A stretch of DNA of 64,000 nt, filler included, from Catajapyx aquilonaris (lineage: Eukaryota): the NCBI GenBank assembly GCA_000934665.2. It is 4 parts of 4 records of this genome, joined end to end, with 100 filler letters (N's around TTAATTAATTAA, not from the genome) between each part and the next. Parts side by side here need not be neighbours in the genome. Positions count along the whole stretch, not along the records: positions 48,689 to 64,000 come from JYFJ02007531.1; 3 more parts are not named here. One strand, given 5' to 3'. A model generated the notes under the pieces. It saw nothing but the letters and a program-made list of their open reading frames with translations, searched no databases and had not been told where the DNA came from. Both the position numbers and the translations under genes were made by a program. Positions 48,911 through 64,000 of this stretch are shown here, one piece after another (the stretch's first letter is position 1; every line of letters starts with the position of its first letter).

Positions 48911-51900
48911 ACCCTGACACAATGGTAAAACTGTGTCCGGTTGGGCAGCAACAAAGTGGCGACTTGTGGCCCTTCCAGGCACGGTACGTCGCATTGCGTG
49001 ATGATTTTGCTATTGGGCCAGTATAAAATTCTCACCTATTGCCAATTGTGATCATTTTATATATACAATGGCGCAGGGGAAATTGTGGCCGGTTGGGGGC
49101 AGCAACAAAGTGGCCGGTTGTCCAATTATTTCATAGAGTGCCGTTGGTCAAGAGACTGGAGCTCGGACAGGATATGGTAGTTCAAGAGCTAGTTGAGCCC
49201 AGTTGCCAGCAAGGTGCGACTCGGAATGAGCCAAATTGCCAGAGGGTCTGACCCTCAGGCCTCGAGAGTCCTGAAGGCTCTTTTCCAGGTCTCTTGAGAA
49301 GGAGGGCGCCCCCGGCTTGATGCATTAGAACAACAACGCAATGGCTCCTCTTGAATTATGCATCCAGCTGACCGCCTTTGCATTCATTACACAGGGATTC
49401 TAAAGGGGAGGGGGGGAGGGGATCTTGGGAGGTGGCAATTTCCACGGTTGTGCGACTTACGAGCGCAGATTTATAGCTTGCCTTTTGGGTTATAATAATG
49501 GAGACGGCTCGGTGGGACAGGTTTTGTTTACAAAAGCTCACAGCACGTGACTTGTCGTCCATGAAAACACACAAAATACTCGGAATTGTCGCCATTGTCG
49601 GGCGTGACTCTGCTGTGATGCTGATACTATTTTCAGTCAAATCAGACGTCATAACTCCAAACTTCAGGAGAACGAACACATACTTTAGCACTGTGGACAG
49701 CTAGGCACCTGTTCATTACCTTACAATATATATTAGAATATGGGGCAATGCCTTTGCCTCACACCTTGCGCACGTGACTCCCATTTAACCTTTGATGCGG
49801 GTCAATGTTACGGTTATGTATACAACGCATGCATTATGCAAAATAACCTTCGCTATTTATACTAAATGAGAGTCCACGTGGTTCATCTGCACGATCCGCT
49901 AAAATAATATCATTTGTAAGTCGTAACATAAATGGTCAAAATGCATTGCAAATCATATATTATTGAAGTGAATGGTCCATTGGGCTTCGGTGTCCGGCTT
50001 TGTACTGTAAGACTAATGGAACTGAAGTTCTTTACGTAACATCTGTTGGCCAGCAAGTGCGATATGAAGCTGACAGTTATTAGTAAATGAAATAGTATGA
50101 GACAAGCCAATTTCTGAAAGCTGTCCAAAAATATCCTGCCTGAGCTCGCTAAATGGTCCTCAACAATAGCACACCGCAGTTCTTCCATTACATCTACCCA
50201 ACATTGATGCGTCTTGGGAATGGCCACTTACATTTTTTTTCCTTCGGTTTCCTACCGAGATTGCCACTCCAGCACTTACTGCAGTAATTTGATCAAATAC
50301 TAACAGCAAGGATGTATTACTCTGAGATGACACCACGTGAAAGAAAGCTTTTAGACAGCAACAGAAAGCCTCCCAAAAATGAAAATCTCTGCTTATGTAT
50401 ATACAGTATGGTCAACACATATCAATAATCCGATCATTTCCATTAATTTCTGTTCCACTTTTGCATTCAAAGTGCAGAACAATTTATTTCTCAATTAATT
50501 TTCGCCCGTGAGTTCGAGCCATCTTTGCAGTCTATAGAGTGTCAAGCAGGTAAACAGCAAATTTGACACTTTCTTGATTCTATATCGCTCGATTCCTGAT
50601 TCTCCCATCATTGGATTACTCACCTGCTTCTATACCACAATGGGTCTGTGCCAATTACTTTGGAATAGTCCTCCAGGAGTCCTATTGATTTCTGTACATC
50701 TCCCAAGCTCCTTATGTGGACAGGTGATTCTTGAAGCCATCACTCAAGCACCTTCCAAATTGTGTACACGAATAGCTCCGCTTGTTATTCCCAAGTAGAC
50801 CTCCTTATGCATCGACACGACAGCTCGTGTGAGTGACTTGCAGAAGGCCAAGGGCAGAAAAGAAAAAGAAAATAAAAAAGGCTGCTCTTCAAAAGTTTTG
50901 AGGACGAAAACGGGCTTGAAGGATCTGGCAGGGGCCTTCTACATAGTATAAAAGAATTACGTACCCGGTTTTTCAATTTCCAGCCATTCATACCCAGCCA
51001 GAATTTATGGTTCGGGTGAACAAAAGTGGGTTAGCTGCACAATGAAAGAACGAGAAGGCTTGTCTGATGCTCAAGATGCTCCTGACCTTGCTTTTTTTTT
51101 CTTTCTTCTTCTTCTTCCACTGTCTTGGCTCCCTTTGTCCATATCTCCGCTCCCAAAAGGCTCATCGAGTACCGGCCTCCTTTCATATCTCTATTCAACC
51201 CGATGGGTCAACACCTTCCCAGCACATTTACCTATCCACAAAACTGCGCCACATTCATGAATAACCATCATATTGGTGCAGGCATATATCGACAAAGTAT
51301 AACAATTGGGCCATTAATTTTCATAATTAAAATCACTTGAGGATGAAGGCAGAAAATATTATGCGGAAGTCATAAAAGCAGCCAGAAGCGACGCCTTGCT
51401 GTGTAAAGTTTTAAAACCTTTATGCCAAACAAGGAAAGGAAACATACGGAAAAGGGATGGGGTATATTATACACGAGAGAGAGAAGTCCCATAAACACAT
51501 CAAAAGAGAAAACTGACGTACCGTCTGACGGCTTAAGGCCCGGAAGAAAACTTCGGCCAGGCGGAAACGAGACCTTCCTTTTTTTCAAAAAAAGATGAAA
51601 AGACTTACTAGGATCTGCACAAAAGGATATACACTAATAATCGCGGACTGGAAAAAGGAACTGTCATAATCTCTTCAAGGAAGGACGGGCCAATTTTTTT
51701 AAATCTTAATAACGAACATTTCTGCTTGGGCTCTCTTTGATGATGATATTTTCAACCCCTTCCCTGGACGGAGTTAGGCGAACAATATCTTTTGGAGTGA
51801 ATAGGTTGCAGGTAGAGGTGGGCTGAATGGACCTCGTTCAAGGCCATTAGCTCCTTTCATTTTCTTTTTATTGCACCGCTAAGTGGAAGGTGCTGCAGCA

Positions 51901-54900
51901 CTTTCAGAGAAGGCAAGCATTGTAAGGTATCCAACTTTACTTGGCGAATATATATACGAAGCACGGTTGAGAGTTTCTCCTGGATCAAAATTGAAACACC
52001 AAAATATGTGCAGAATTTATGCAGTAAATTGAATACGTGTTCTGGTGAAAAATACAGGCTGAATCCCTGCGAAAAATATGGATTGGACACGAGTGAAACA
52101 ATGGTGTCGCAATATTATTAGTATTTGCAATCAGCATGGTCATTTAAAAAACAAATTCGATCAAATTTCGCCACAGCTATTTACCACACATGTGTACAGT
52201 ATACAATATTCCCAGTGTACATGCACTAATCGAATTATGTATTCGCTTCGGAGGCACTCAAATTGAAACGTTGGGCGCATACTTCATATTAATAATGCGT
52301 GTATGACAACCGTATATGTGGCATGAAAATTAATATTTTACGATTAGAGCATTGGAATTACATATTTACGAGATGCTACAGAGCCATACGTAGATACATA
52401 AATACATTATTGTGCGAAATGGCAGTGTACGAACACCGAAATGAAACCAGCCAAAAATAATGCGTGTATGTAACTTATAAATTTTGTTTGGAGTGAAAGT
52501 TATTATTCAACAAACGTTTCACCAGTTATAAAGTACATCTCAAAAGAAAGCACATGTTTCTAACTAATTGGATTAAAACTCCCCCGCACTTGATGATGTA
52601 CATTGCACATCGTAAAAGGTTCAGGGGACATCAAGCTGATACAGAAACAACACTGTAATTACCGAGCCCCCGCATCCATCTCTTCCATGGAAGAGTCTCT
52701 AAGTCTTACAACCCGTACTATTATTTTCTCCTCGAGACAACTTGAGTTATTTTCCTCGTATAGCCTCCTCTCTCGAGAGGGGTATTATGTACAGAAGGCA
52801 TTACGCCAGAATGAATGGGTTCCCCAGCTCTTATTCACCGCCAATTTGTGATATTAACAGTTAAGCGCCTGGAGGCCATCTCGGCAATTACCAAATTAAA
52901 ATTAGACTTTCTAATGCGCTGGAGTCTGCTGCCATATATAGCCAGAGCGTTACGCCGCTTTTATCTTACGAGATGGTAACCAACTGCATGTCAGTCATGT
53001 GCTACCGGGTGTATCAAGTTCCAAGAAGAATACACATGAGGCGATCTTTGTCTCGGAATTGAGGCCAGCAGCATCAGAGTCAATCCTCCCCAGCAACGCC
53101 CCCCAAAAAGCTTGTTTCGCACCGCTGAGTTAATCTCCATTAGGACAGCAGAATGGCAGCTTCCCAGGCGAAAGGGTCGTTAGCTGGGGATCCCCAAATG
53201 GGATTTATGCCAGCTTCCATAAACGGTATAGTTAGTCGGGCGTGGTATCGAAAACGGATAAAGGGCCTCTCAGTCACCTGCCTCAAATTACAATAATTAC
53301 GCACTGAGAAGCACAAGGAGCGATAAATCAATCTTTGAGGCCCGCAGGAAGCCGCCTGTACCGGATATGCTCCAGTGTTTCAATGTTCTCCTCTTTTTAT
53401 GCTATTTGTACTCTATATAGAGAGAACCCGGAGGCGAAAACCGCACATGAGAAAAAAAATAAGGTAAAGGAACTTCAAAAGTGAGAAAAGTTGGTCGAAA
53501 TGGCATCTGTGGCCCCCAGGTCGTGCCATCTGCCTTTTTCTTTCCCACTTCTTGCTGCTGCCTCAATCCCAGCTGGAGATGCGACAACTTTATATCCTTT
53601 ATTTTCGACCCCCGAGAAGCCTCTGGGACAACTATACTTACCCCCAGCAAAACCAGTGTAACTTCCGTTAAGTTTGTAAAGAGGGCTGTTATATACTTGA
53701 GAGATATTTCATGTCCCACGTTTCGAACTTTATATGCCACTATATCTCGCTAGGTCGTACGTAGAAACTATAGCTGAAATCTGCTGCTTCCAAGATCCAG
53801 CTGGAGGGTACGACCCCACCTATACCTGTAACACGCAGTATCTTACTTTACGATGCAGTAACTACATAATATGGCTCTATTCCATACTGTGATTACAGTG
53901 AGGATTAACTCGTATAATATATATGTTGTGATACACATTTTCATCGATGTAAAAGCTCTAACGATGTGCAAAAAAAAATTGTGTGTTACATAACGAATGA
54001 AACGGGCTGTCCGACTGCTGCCGGACGGGACAAGCAGCAGGCCAAAAATTGATGGCCATAGCTAGTGATCTATCTTTTTAAGGTGCAGACTGGCTTTCCG
54101 GAATGGTCGGATCCGTCTTTTCTAGAGGGGAAATAGCTGTCTGGACCTGAGCAGGGAACCTTCCCTAAGGGACCAATCATTCAACCGACCACAAGACTCT
54201 TATACCTTGCTTTAAACTGCCTCCGACATGAGCATAACTTGCGACGTACTTTGCCCCCCTCCCTTTTTTTAGTAAAGAAAACTGTGGGGGCCTAAATTGC
54301 CTCCGGATAATCCAGCAGAACAAAGTTAGTGGCAAATGAAAGTCCCCCTGGCTTGGTGGCTGGAAACACAAAACCTCCAGTCTGGCAAAGGCAGAATGGG
54401 GGAGCTCCTGCTGCAAAGACTGCAGAATAAATGATAATTGTCGGCAAATTTACTGGCAGATATTTGCAGAGAAGCTCGGAAAAAAAGAAAAGACGACGGT
54501 GGGAGAGATCTTTGCAAAAAAAAATTATTCTAGAGAGGCTTTTACCATTCGTTTTTACTGCGGAACCTTCCAACAGCTGCGCAGGTTTCTTTCCGGATCG
54601 CTTAGTGCACATCAAGACAGGTCTATAGGTAAAGTACAGAACTTTTTAGCTGCGGAAGCGATTTTCTGCATGCATATGAAGTCGAGTTGGCCCCAAAATA
54701 GAAAAGTAACCTTCGCTTCCCACGCTCTAGTAGACATTGATAAAATAAAATAAAAAAATTGACACGTGCAGAGTGCAGTAATGCACTTTCGCCTTACCTC
54801 AAGACGATAAAAAAATTCCGGGTTATATGAAAAAAAGAGGGTAATAAGATTGCGTTACGGAAATTTCTTTTTCCCCATGCAAAACTGAAAAATAAAACCG

Positions 54901-57900
54901 AACCCTACAGAGCAAATCTGACATAATTTAAATCATAATTTGCGGCAAGAAGGGTGCACCGGACGTGGCCTAAATTGCATTCTCTCAGTGTAGAGTAAAT
55001 GCGGCACTTGGTTAAAAATTACGCCGCAAATTCGTGTTGCGCACCTAATCCAAAAGGAAGGCAAAGCCAGAAAAAACTGGAGGGATGTATACAAAGACTT
55101 AAAATTTCAATCAGGTCACCGCATCTCATTAGCGGTTCCTATGATATGCACATGCTCGACTTCATTGGAAATTCATTAGAGGATGTCCTATAAGTGCCTG
55201 TATATAAGAGGAGAGACCGGCTAATTATTTCAGTTTTCATGTCACCATAATCACCATAATCTCTCGAGAGTCACACAAAAATAGACCTATACGAAGTACA
55301 AACCTCCCCAAGAGGTCTTCGATTTTTTGGGGGAACCGTACTATACCAAAGCACAATTTTTTACAGTTTGAACAAACCCAGGAGGGTAGTACGGCTGGCA
55401 CCATACCAAACGACCCGAGGGAGGTCAGTGTGTGTCCAGCACAAGAAACGAGCAATGCATGTTACTCCCTTGGTGCTGGTGGAAAATTCCCGGCACATTG
55501 TTTTTTTCCTAGTGTAGAAAATAAAGGCGTGACGGGGACCTAATAGGAATTGAAATTAATTTTAGCATGATTACCGAGGCCCCCGCGCCATGCTGGAGAG
55601 GCAACATTCCTCTTTCGCTTTTCACAAACACTATGACCCACTTATTGCGTCTTCCTCGTCGTAAACCCTCCTGCAGGTCGATATAAGCACATTTTATCTC
55701 AACCCCTTTTGGTGTCCGAAGCCGCTCCAGAACTGTACAGTATGTATACAAGCATGAAATGAGATTAAAGTGACCCATCATTAACTGTAAGGTGCAATAA
55801 CGAATTATAAGACCGACAAAGAATCCATAACGGCAGAATAGTCAATCAACATTTCAGTAAAATATTTACACCTCAACTACGCATACTTAATTAATTAATT
55901 AAATTATTTTCCCAAATGAACTTCTCTTTCTTGTGGTCCAACTGATTGGAAATAATATTGCAAAATTTTAATTGCGAATTACATGACATAACTGAATCAA
56001 AATTTTGTGACAGTGTCACGCTCTGTAAGATATGTTTTATACGCGGCTTTTAAACAACCCTTCGTCATAATAAATGAAAAGGGGGAATGGCTGCCAGTGC
56101 AGAACAAACCGAGGGCTGTGAGTAATTCCATCAAATTTTAACTACCAATTCGGTGAGGTAATGTGTGCTGAAGCATCGTGTAACAACGGCTCAGCCAATA
56201 TTGACGATACCACTACTCCTCACTCTAGTTGGTGGCTTGATCTATATGCCTACATACCCAACATATTCAATAATCAATAACTATATACCAATAAGTGGCT
56301 GGATATCAGCCGTCTTTTATAAACAGCCCTCTGTCATATAGGTATTCTGAGCAGATGACATGTCACAACATATATAGAGAGGTTTGCATAATTACTAGCA
56401 TTTCCGTTTATGAAGAGCAAAATAAACACGTGTTGTAGTTATATTGGACTCGTGATGTGTCATCCCAAGTACTTATTAACAATGCAAGCACGGTGTTGAT
56501 AAAATGACTGCCGCCACTATTTAGCCACTCGTTAATTGAAGCCGCGTATAATACGTGTGAATCATTTCCGCAAGTGCATTGCACTACATACTGTACGAAG
56601 CTATTAATATCTTTGGGGGAAAAAAAATATGCGTGGCCTGTATAAAGCCGCATGCTAATATTGTAATTTAGCACGTCGGGAAAAAATAGCGCTATGGTGT
56701 CTAGTCGCCTCTGGTCAAATGAAAGTAATTGGTGCAAGCAATGAGAGCCGCATTTTCAAAAAAATAATTAATTACACTTTTAATTGCGCTGAACATGTAG
56801 CAAATACCTCACACGCTACTGTAATTATTGTTATTAACGAAGTTATCTTTACTCGAAAATCGCAGCATAAATCAATCACCAATATACTGTACACATGATT
56901 ACTAGAGTTTATGATGTTGCTATTGTAAATGCTACCGACAGTTAATATTTAATGGCCATTGTTCTACTGTATCATCAGTTGTAAAATATTTGCATATATT
57001 CCACAAGCGATTGCTGCGTAAGATTCGACTTGTCAAATCCCCTTTGGCGTAATTTCATGCTTATTCGCAAATTGCCCCCTTTTTAAATAATAAAACAAAC
57101 ACTTTCGCCCCACTCAAAATGGTGTCATTTTCACATACTGGAACATTTCCCCCTTTTCGCTTTAAACCCAGGGATATGATGTCCAGACCCGAGTATTAAT
57201 TCGGGCGATGTGTCTGGCGCAGTCACTTTATCAACTGCTACAATACTCCCTTCAGAGCCCTTAAACATACTAACGCATCCCATTAAAATTTCAGGAGCGG
57301 TTGGCTCTCTGTGGCAGCAGATTGCCTCTGGATTTGGCCGGTCCTGTACAACCACCAGCTTCATCTGAGCCAACAGCAGAAAGATCAACGGTGTATTGCG
57401 TATACACAACACTATATACATTCCGGTTTTGATTACAAACAAACAAACAAACAAAATGTGTGTCACGTCTGAGAAGCGTGGCGTCAACGTCCTGTCATCC
57501 TGCCTATACAATGTAGGCAGGCAATTTAAGTGCCAGTGGCATGTGACAATTTACCGTGAACGCCAGACAAACAGTGGCGTGTGACATACCAGACAGGTCA
57601 AGGTTGGCAGGAAAAAATGCTTGTTGCAATTTTTCGCATGTACATTATTATTTAGGCAGGTCCCGGCTTTTCAATTTTACGAATCAAGGCCAACAGCGTG
57701 GCAACTGCAAAAAACATTGTCTGATGCGTTACGTATTGTATACAACCAACATGCAAACCCCATCAATGTCGGCTTGGTAGACATATCCGAACAAAAAGGC
57801 CTCGAATATTACACCTGCGTGGTTCATCCAGTCCAACCATACCACGCATAATAATACATGCAGCACGAAACAAATTGAATTCAACCAAGGGTCGATGGGT

Positions 57901-60900
57901 TTGAAACATAAGCCATCAAATTGGCCTGAAGCTACAACATGACTCGTGTAGTCCGAACCCTATGCATGACAATGCAGCTCAAAAAACATAACTTTGGCCG
58001 ATTGAGAAAAAGAGTCACACAAAAAAAAAAAAAAACGGGAGCCGATGATATCTTGGAAAACCGATTGTGTCATCCGGCATCCGAAATTGCTACAGGTTTC
58101 CCAGTTATAACCTCAGGCATCCTAACCGAAACAATAAAAAATGGGCATTTCTATCCATAGAAAAACCTTATAAAGCCCGGCTTAACCGGCCTTTCGAAAT
58201 GGATCTTTTCACCGCCACGTTTTTCGATTATGTATAGGAAAAACTCAAAAAGGCGGAACTTATGCTGTGCCATCATATCATATGACAGCAGAACCTATAG
58301 TAATTAAAGGCGTCCAGAGACACAATGTCCAACGTCCGGGTTTTATGTCCTACTTTTCTGATATATAAAAACGTGGACTATATACGGAAGAGTTTACGCT
58401 CCGAAGTACACCGCAGATTTGTTTTCTTCTCCGCGGGTCTTCAAATCCGACAAAATCCTGTGTTGTTTTTCTCCCCGGATTTCTGGCAGAGAAGGCCAAT
58501 CTGAAGCGGTGTCACCAGCTATCCCTGCCAGCGATTGACCGGAATTTCCGCTTCAATTAGTCGTCGTCCTCATTTTTTTTTCCAAAAGCAATTTTTCCTC
58601 TTCGTGTCTCATCCATGTGTCCGGGTAAATAAAGCCGTCCAACAAACTCCAGCCTGATGATGTCCAATTCTATTTTTAAAATCTGGGTTCTCTATCGTCA
58701 CCTGTGCGAATACTTTTTTTTTTTGCAAACCCAGCTGTCTGGCGAATTGAACATGTGCCACACTTTGTTGTGAAATGTAACAAGTCACAACGTTAGGATT
58801 CCATTGGCACTGAATTGAAGTGCTGAAAGGATCTTTGAAAGGTAAGTAAACTGTGGGAGTCTTTCAACAATGGTGAGCGTGCCAAAAAAAATTGCGCTGG
58901 ATCTCGGAATACTTCAAGAGAGTGCGATGCACCGAGGCGAACAAAAGGTAGGTGTAAACAATTACAAAACGGATAGGACGCAGTACATCAAGCTGCATTG
59001 TTGTTACCTTATCCTTAGTATGATTTAGTAGCTCAAGGGCAGCAGGTGACGACGCAAAAAATAAGGTAAAATCGCGACATGATTGCTAAATCTAACGTGG
59101 CATCAAGTGAAGCATGATGTGCTACCTACGCCTCAGACAATTGATCTCATTAAAACCGAATCCAATCAATCATACTTCATCCCTTTCATTCGCCAAAGTG
59201 GATGATATCAATTCTAACATAGTGTACAAGGTAAGCCATCAACCAAATAATTTTTTTGAGGTCGACACGTAAAACTTGCATCAAAATATTGAAGCGCGTT
59301 AAAAGAACAACCGCTTCTCTAATAAGCATGGCTGGTTTACGAAAGCAGTAGACTTGAAAGGAGGTGAGGGTCGAAAGGGCAGGATTTTTAAATGAAAAAA
59401 AAGTAGGAAAAATCTCATTAGGGCGGTTTAATTTGGAGGCTGAAGTTGACATAAGAGTGGACTGAAAATCAGCTGGAACATGTGCTTTTTTTTCAGGGTG
59501 CTGCTGCCTTGGGTGCGATGAAGCATGGCGCTTTCCAATCTCCTTCTTTTTTTTAAATCAAGCGCCAATTGCTCGTTACCGAAGCTTTCCGGCTTAAAAT
59601 ATTCAATGGGCTTCCTGCCTCCACAGGATGTAGAACATCTGCCAGGGAATAGAAAAGAAGGGTGCCCCCTCGAAAAGAAATTTGGAGGCAAACTATTCTT
59701 AGAACTGGGCTATTTTGCTATCAACTTCATCGGCCATGTGGCAATGTATATACGCCAGTTATTATGCTGGCGGTCAAACCGAATTGTTTCGTTTAAACCA
59801 CATGTTTCACACTCTGTCGTTCCTAAATCATGTAGGTATAGCTCAGAATAAAAATTTTCAGATTTTCCGTATTTTTTTGACAATATTATCAGTTACTACC
59901 AAGTGAATTATGAAACACACTGTACATCGCTCAGTACGTGATGTAGGTCAGTCCGGTTACTCAACTTGGTTCATGTTGCTTTTCACACGCAGCCTTTTCT
60001 TTGGCGTCTCACACATTACTCGGACATTTCACCGAGGTGTCACCCTATACTGAGAAGAAGAAAAGTGTGTCCAACTTTGGACACCAGTGGTCAATAAATA
60101 TGACAGTGTGTTCCCTTGAAATCTGTTGTCTGCAAATTTTTTTAAAAGAGGCTATAGCTTGAAGCTATTTGAGCCTCATTTGCCCTGGATGGAAGTGCTT
60201 TCAATAATTCAAGTCCCGATGCGGCCCACACTTCAAATTGTTTATTCTCATGCTATCCAATTACATGAACTCGTGCTCTGAATAAAAGTAGGGGTTTCGA
60301 GGACCAGGTCAAATATTAACGGTCAAATACAACGATGTAATATTTGCGAGCCGGAAACAAGCCGTCAAAACGCCCTTTTTTAACCCAGATTGCAATAATG
60401 ACAAGGCCACTAATTGCGACAGTAAATTCGCGAGAGCTGATTGAATTTTAAGCATGTTAAAAGCGGCACATACTTGCCAACTAAAATAATCACTGAAGTG
60501 TTAAGCCATGAGAATTCAGTACCTTATGAGAGTGCATGTATTATCAACGTTTTGACGTCACCATCGGCGTCATCGCACTATAGACGTTTGTTTATAACTC
60601 GAGTGTGACGACTGCCAACAACAACCTAGCCTACTTTTTCCAGGGTCACTTAGACGTGAATACACCTTACATATTATATTTCTGCAATTGGGTACTATCG
60701 AGCTATAAAATTCCCGCGAACATATAATAATTCTGGTCAATATCTTTCATATACTGATAAAGTGAGTTCAAGGTGTACACACGCTATCTCAGCAGCTCAT
60801 TTGTGCGTGAGTGTACTTCGACAAGGTACGAAACTTCCGTGTGTATGCTTCGGCTTACACACATTCTATTGCCACCTGAAGATAGCGACTTAATCTGACA

Positions 60901-61869
60901 TTAATTCCGTGCCCGTATTCCAAGCACGTGAAAATGAGACGACGGCCTAGAGAATTTATAGCACAAAGTTTCCGGGAACAAGGAAAAAATGTCGGAAAGG
61001 CCAGATTTGATGTTGATAGTTAGTTAATCTCTGGAACTCGGACACACACAAAAAATATATATACTATAGGAACTATTGATGCTCGTTACCCACCAGCTCA
61101 GCACCAGCTCCTTGTCCGAGTCCGGACACATCGCCATTTATCTTGCTCAAGTGACACCCCCGCATTCCTCCGACAATCCACCAACCCAAAAAAATAAAAA
61201 TAAAAGGACCTTGATTCATCGAAGGTGCTGCAATGCGACTCTACAACTAACCTTTTCGGCCCTCAAAGTGCATCATAATTATTAATCAAATAACCTCCCC
61301 CACCCTCCCATTTTCATAGTCATCGCTGCAAATGGCCTCGTCTGAATCCATAATGGCCCCAGTTAAAATGGCTCGTAATACACGAAAGACGGCGTGAAAG
61401 AACGGTCACGATCTGCTCATTAGCTTTTCAATGTATACATACCCCCCCTCTGGCAGTCTCTCTCTTTTGCCTTTTACACCTAAAGAAACGAATAATATAT
61501 TTTAACCCCCCCCCCCCTTCACAATGCTGATGGTGCCTGGAGCCTAATTCGATTTGACACCTACCATGCCCATTATTGATTCAACTTTTATCCAGATAGC
61601 GCTAAGTTATTGCTCAGTGGTGAAGTGGAACTCTCGGCACTGCAGATTTTATGGAGTACTATAAATTATGCTTTAATGTTTCGTATTGACCTTTAAATAG
61701 GCGAAAAATGTGTCATTGGCATCTCTTTTGTTCATATTTTCGTTCGTGACTACATACTATAGATGGATTATTTTTTAATGAGCCCAACCGAGTGCGCAAC
61801 ACAGTTCGAGCAAATTGTCTCCAACAATGGCCGACTTTCGCGACGTTTCCAAGGCTCTGGTACGAACCT

Positions 61870-62367
61870 TATAGCAGGGAGCATATACTACATAAGAGGC
61901 GCAAACTTCTGTCGGCGCCTTTGATGTCCGCGTGTCTCTGTTTGGGGCGTTGCCAAGGCTGGCGGCCATTTTGAAACGGGGGCAACGCCAACGAGGTATA
62001 AATAGGGTACAGGCAGGCCGTATAGGTCCGCCATCTTTGATGGTTTTGGCTGCCATGGCGATACACGGCAAGAACACGCGCGAATTTGAATATTTTTGCC
62101 GTATGAGCTCCTTGCACTTTTTTACGTATTAATTCCGTAAGTACGGCAAAAATATTCACATTCGCGCGTGTTCTTGCTGTGTATTGCCATGGCAGCCAAA
62201 ACCATCAAAGATGGCGGACCTTTACGGCCTGCCTGTACCCTCTTTATATCTCATTGGCGTTGCCCCCGTTTCAAAATGGCCGCCAGCCTTGGCAACGCCC
62301 CAAACAGAGAGACGCGCGAATCGAATGTTTGCGCTTCTCATGTAGTATAATTATGCTCCCTGCTTAT
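61870..62367. repeat. Foldback repeat: inverted arms (core 61929-62103 and 62142-62316), 38-nt loop
   Basis: Direct reverse-complement match, degenerating outward; third copy of the arm at 48689. Confidence 0.85.
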
Positions 62368-64000
62368 ACAGGCCATTACATTGTTGTCTGAACAACGAAC
62401 TTACGCGAGTGTGGGTGAGCACTCGGTTGCGATCGTAAAAGAATTCACGGGAAGGAATGAAACCGTGAGTCAAACAACAGGTTGACAGTATTTGCAGTGG
62501 TAACCAATGCTGTGCGAATGGATTATAAGTACGGCGATAGCTGAGTGCTCCGGCACGTACTGGGAGCAATTTCCCAAAGCTTCACTCATCGTTACAGTCA
62601 AAATGTTTTGATGCTCCACTACTTTTCCCCACACACCCACACAAAATTAAATGGGTGTGCTATGTAACCCTCTAACCAATAGCTAGCTGTCCACTTGATT
62701 CGGCCAATTCCGCTCGTTCCAACAATGTGGAGCGAGGCAAGAATTTTCACTCCTGTCAATCCCGACGGGAGTGATCAGTTTAATCATCCTGAATCCCCCC
62801 CCGCCATGCTTTTTTTTGGGGTACCATGCGGGTAAATACACAATCCGAATATTAATTGTCTCATAAATTAAACCAGTTCGGAAACAAGGGACCGGGTCAA
62901 AGGCGAGTCCAATTGGTATGCATGCGAGGAGGAATAGGGTTTGAAGTAGAACGGTGGGTGGCCTTGCAATGAAGAGCACTTCACAACCAGAATGATAATT
63001 ATTCGAAAACGACATTTTGCTACGTGCAAGGCCACATCCACGGTTTAATCCGGGGGATTGTTGATGAAATAAGATGCGCGAAGCCCGGATTTCGACCAAC
63101 TGGGGACTCCCCAAATTATTCGATTACCCGGAAAATCCGGATGATTACGTCGCAAAATGCTGACACCACTAATACTGGACGCCAATTGAAAAAAAAAATG
63201 CAAGGTCACATCCTAAACCTTATTAATTTCGCCTCTGGTATCTAACAAGATGTCATTGAATTACTAAAATGCTGACAGCAGGGCGACGCCAACATACCGC
63301 TGACTTCAGGGCCACACGGTCTCATCTCAAGGTAATTGGATTACCAATATGCTGACAGCAGGGCCGTTTCATAAAGCACCAATCATAGGACTGAATACTT
63401 AGGAGCTCATTGGTCGGGAGGGTCCTTTAATTTGAAAATATGCTGACACCAGGGCCACACGTTCTCATCTCAAGGTCACCCCCCGGAAACCCTTATTAAT
63501 TCCGGTGCTCCTTGGGGGTATCCAATCTATAACAAATGAGACGTGAGACTCCCCCAACAAAGCTTTAGGATGTAGTCCTTTGGCAGCCACAATCCGGTTA
63601 CAGTGTGCACCATTTTGGATGCTCGGCTCGTCCTCACACACACACGCTCATTCCATCTCCCGGATTATACGACTAGGCCTCCCGAATTGGGGGGAGTGAA
63701 TAAGGGGGGTTAGAATGGGGGAGAACCGAGGGCTGCGTTTGATTCCGTGGAGAGCAGGGTTACGAGAGCCCAAGTGCTTCTGGGACGTCCTATTCGTTAA
63801 GGTATATCTCTCATCACCTGGCTGGGATCCCTCAGGACCTCTGCAGGTATTCGATCAACCAAGCGAACTTCGGTGTTCAGGCAAGAAATATGTTCCATCT
63901 ATTATTAATTAATAAATATAGCAACCTCTGTGGTCTAGCAATACGCGGTAGGGTTTCAAAACAGGATTTCTTATGGACCACACTGTACCTACCATTCTGA

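Noticed and set aside
48911..61869. Numerous 60-126-aa ORFs in segment 4
   Set aside because: No recognisable domains or consistent exon chains; compatible with intergenic or long intronic DNA, though small exons could be missed by eye.

Overview
Eukaryotic (invertebrate, probably arthropod) genomic DNA, not prokaryotic. The window is not one locus: three identical 100-nt spacers (44 N + TTAATTAATTAA + 44 N) join four segments, probably unlinked contigs (about 16 kb each; the last runs off the window end). Spliced genes reconstructed by hand: ARL14EP (-, 3 exons) head-to-head with the first two exons of a GNPTG-like gene (+, absent from the ORF track); coatomer epsilon COPE (-, 5 exons, 301 aa) head-to-head with syntaxin 18 (+, 2 coding exons, 315 aa); and an intron-containing, disabled Ly6/three-finger GPI-anchored pseudogene. 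The rest is mostly transposon debris: tRNA-derived SINEs, Tc1/mariner/pogo-, Harbinger-, hAT- and piggyBac-like MITEs, Helitron remains, long hairpins and micro/minisatellites, several of them nested. Segments 3 and 4 have no recognisable gene. I found no clearly new biological system. The best leads are the two divergent gene pairs, a ~65-nt intron inflated about 25-fold by nested elements, a SINE family with swapped 3' tails, and a dense TGACGTCA cluster. Gene and TE family names come from recalled motif similarity, not database searches.
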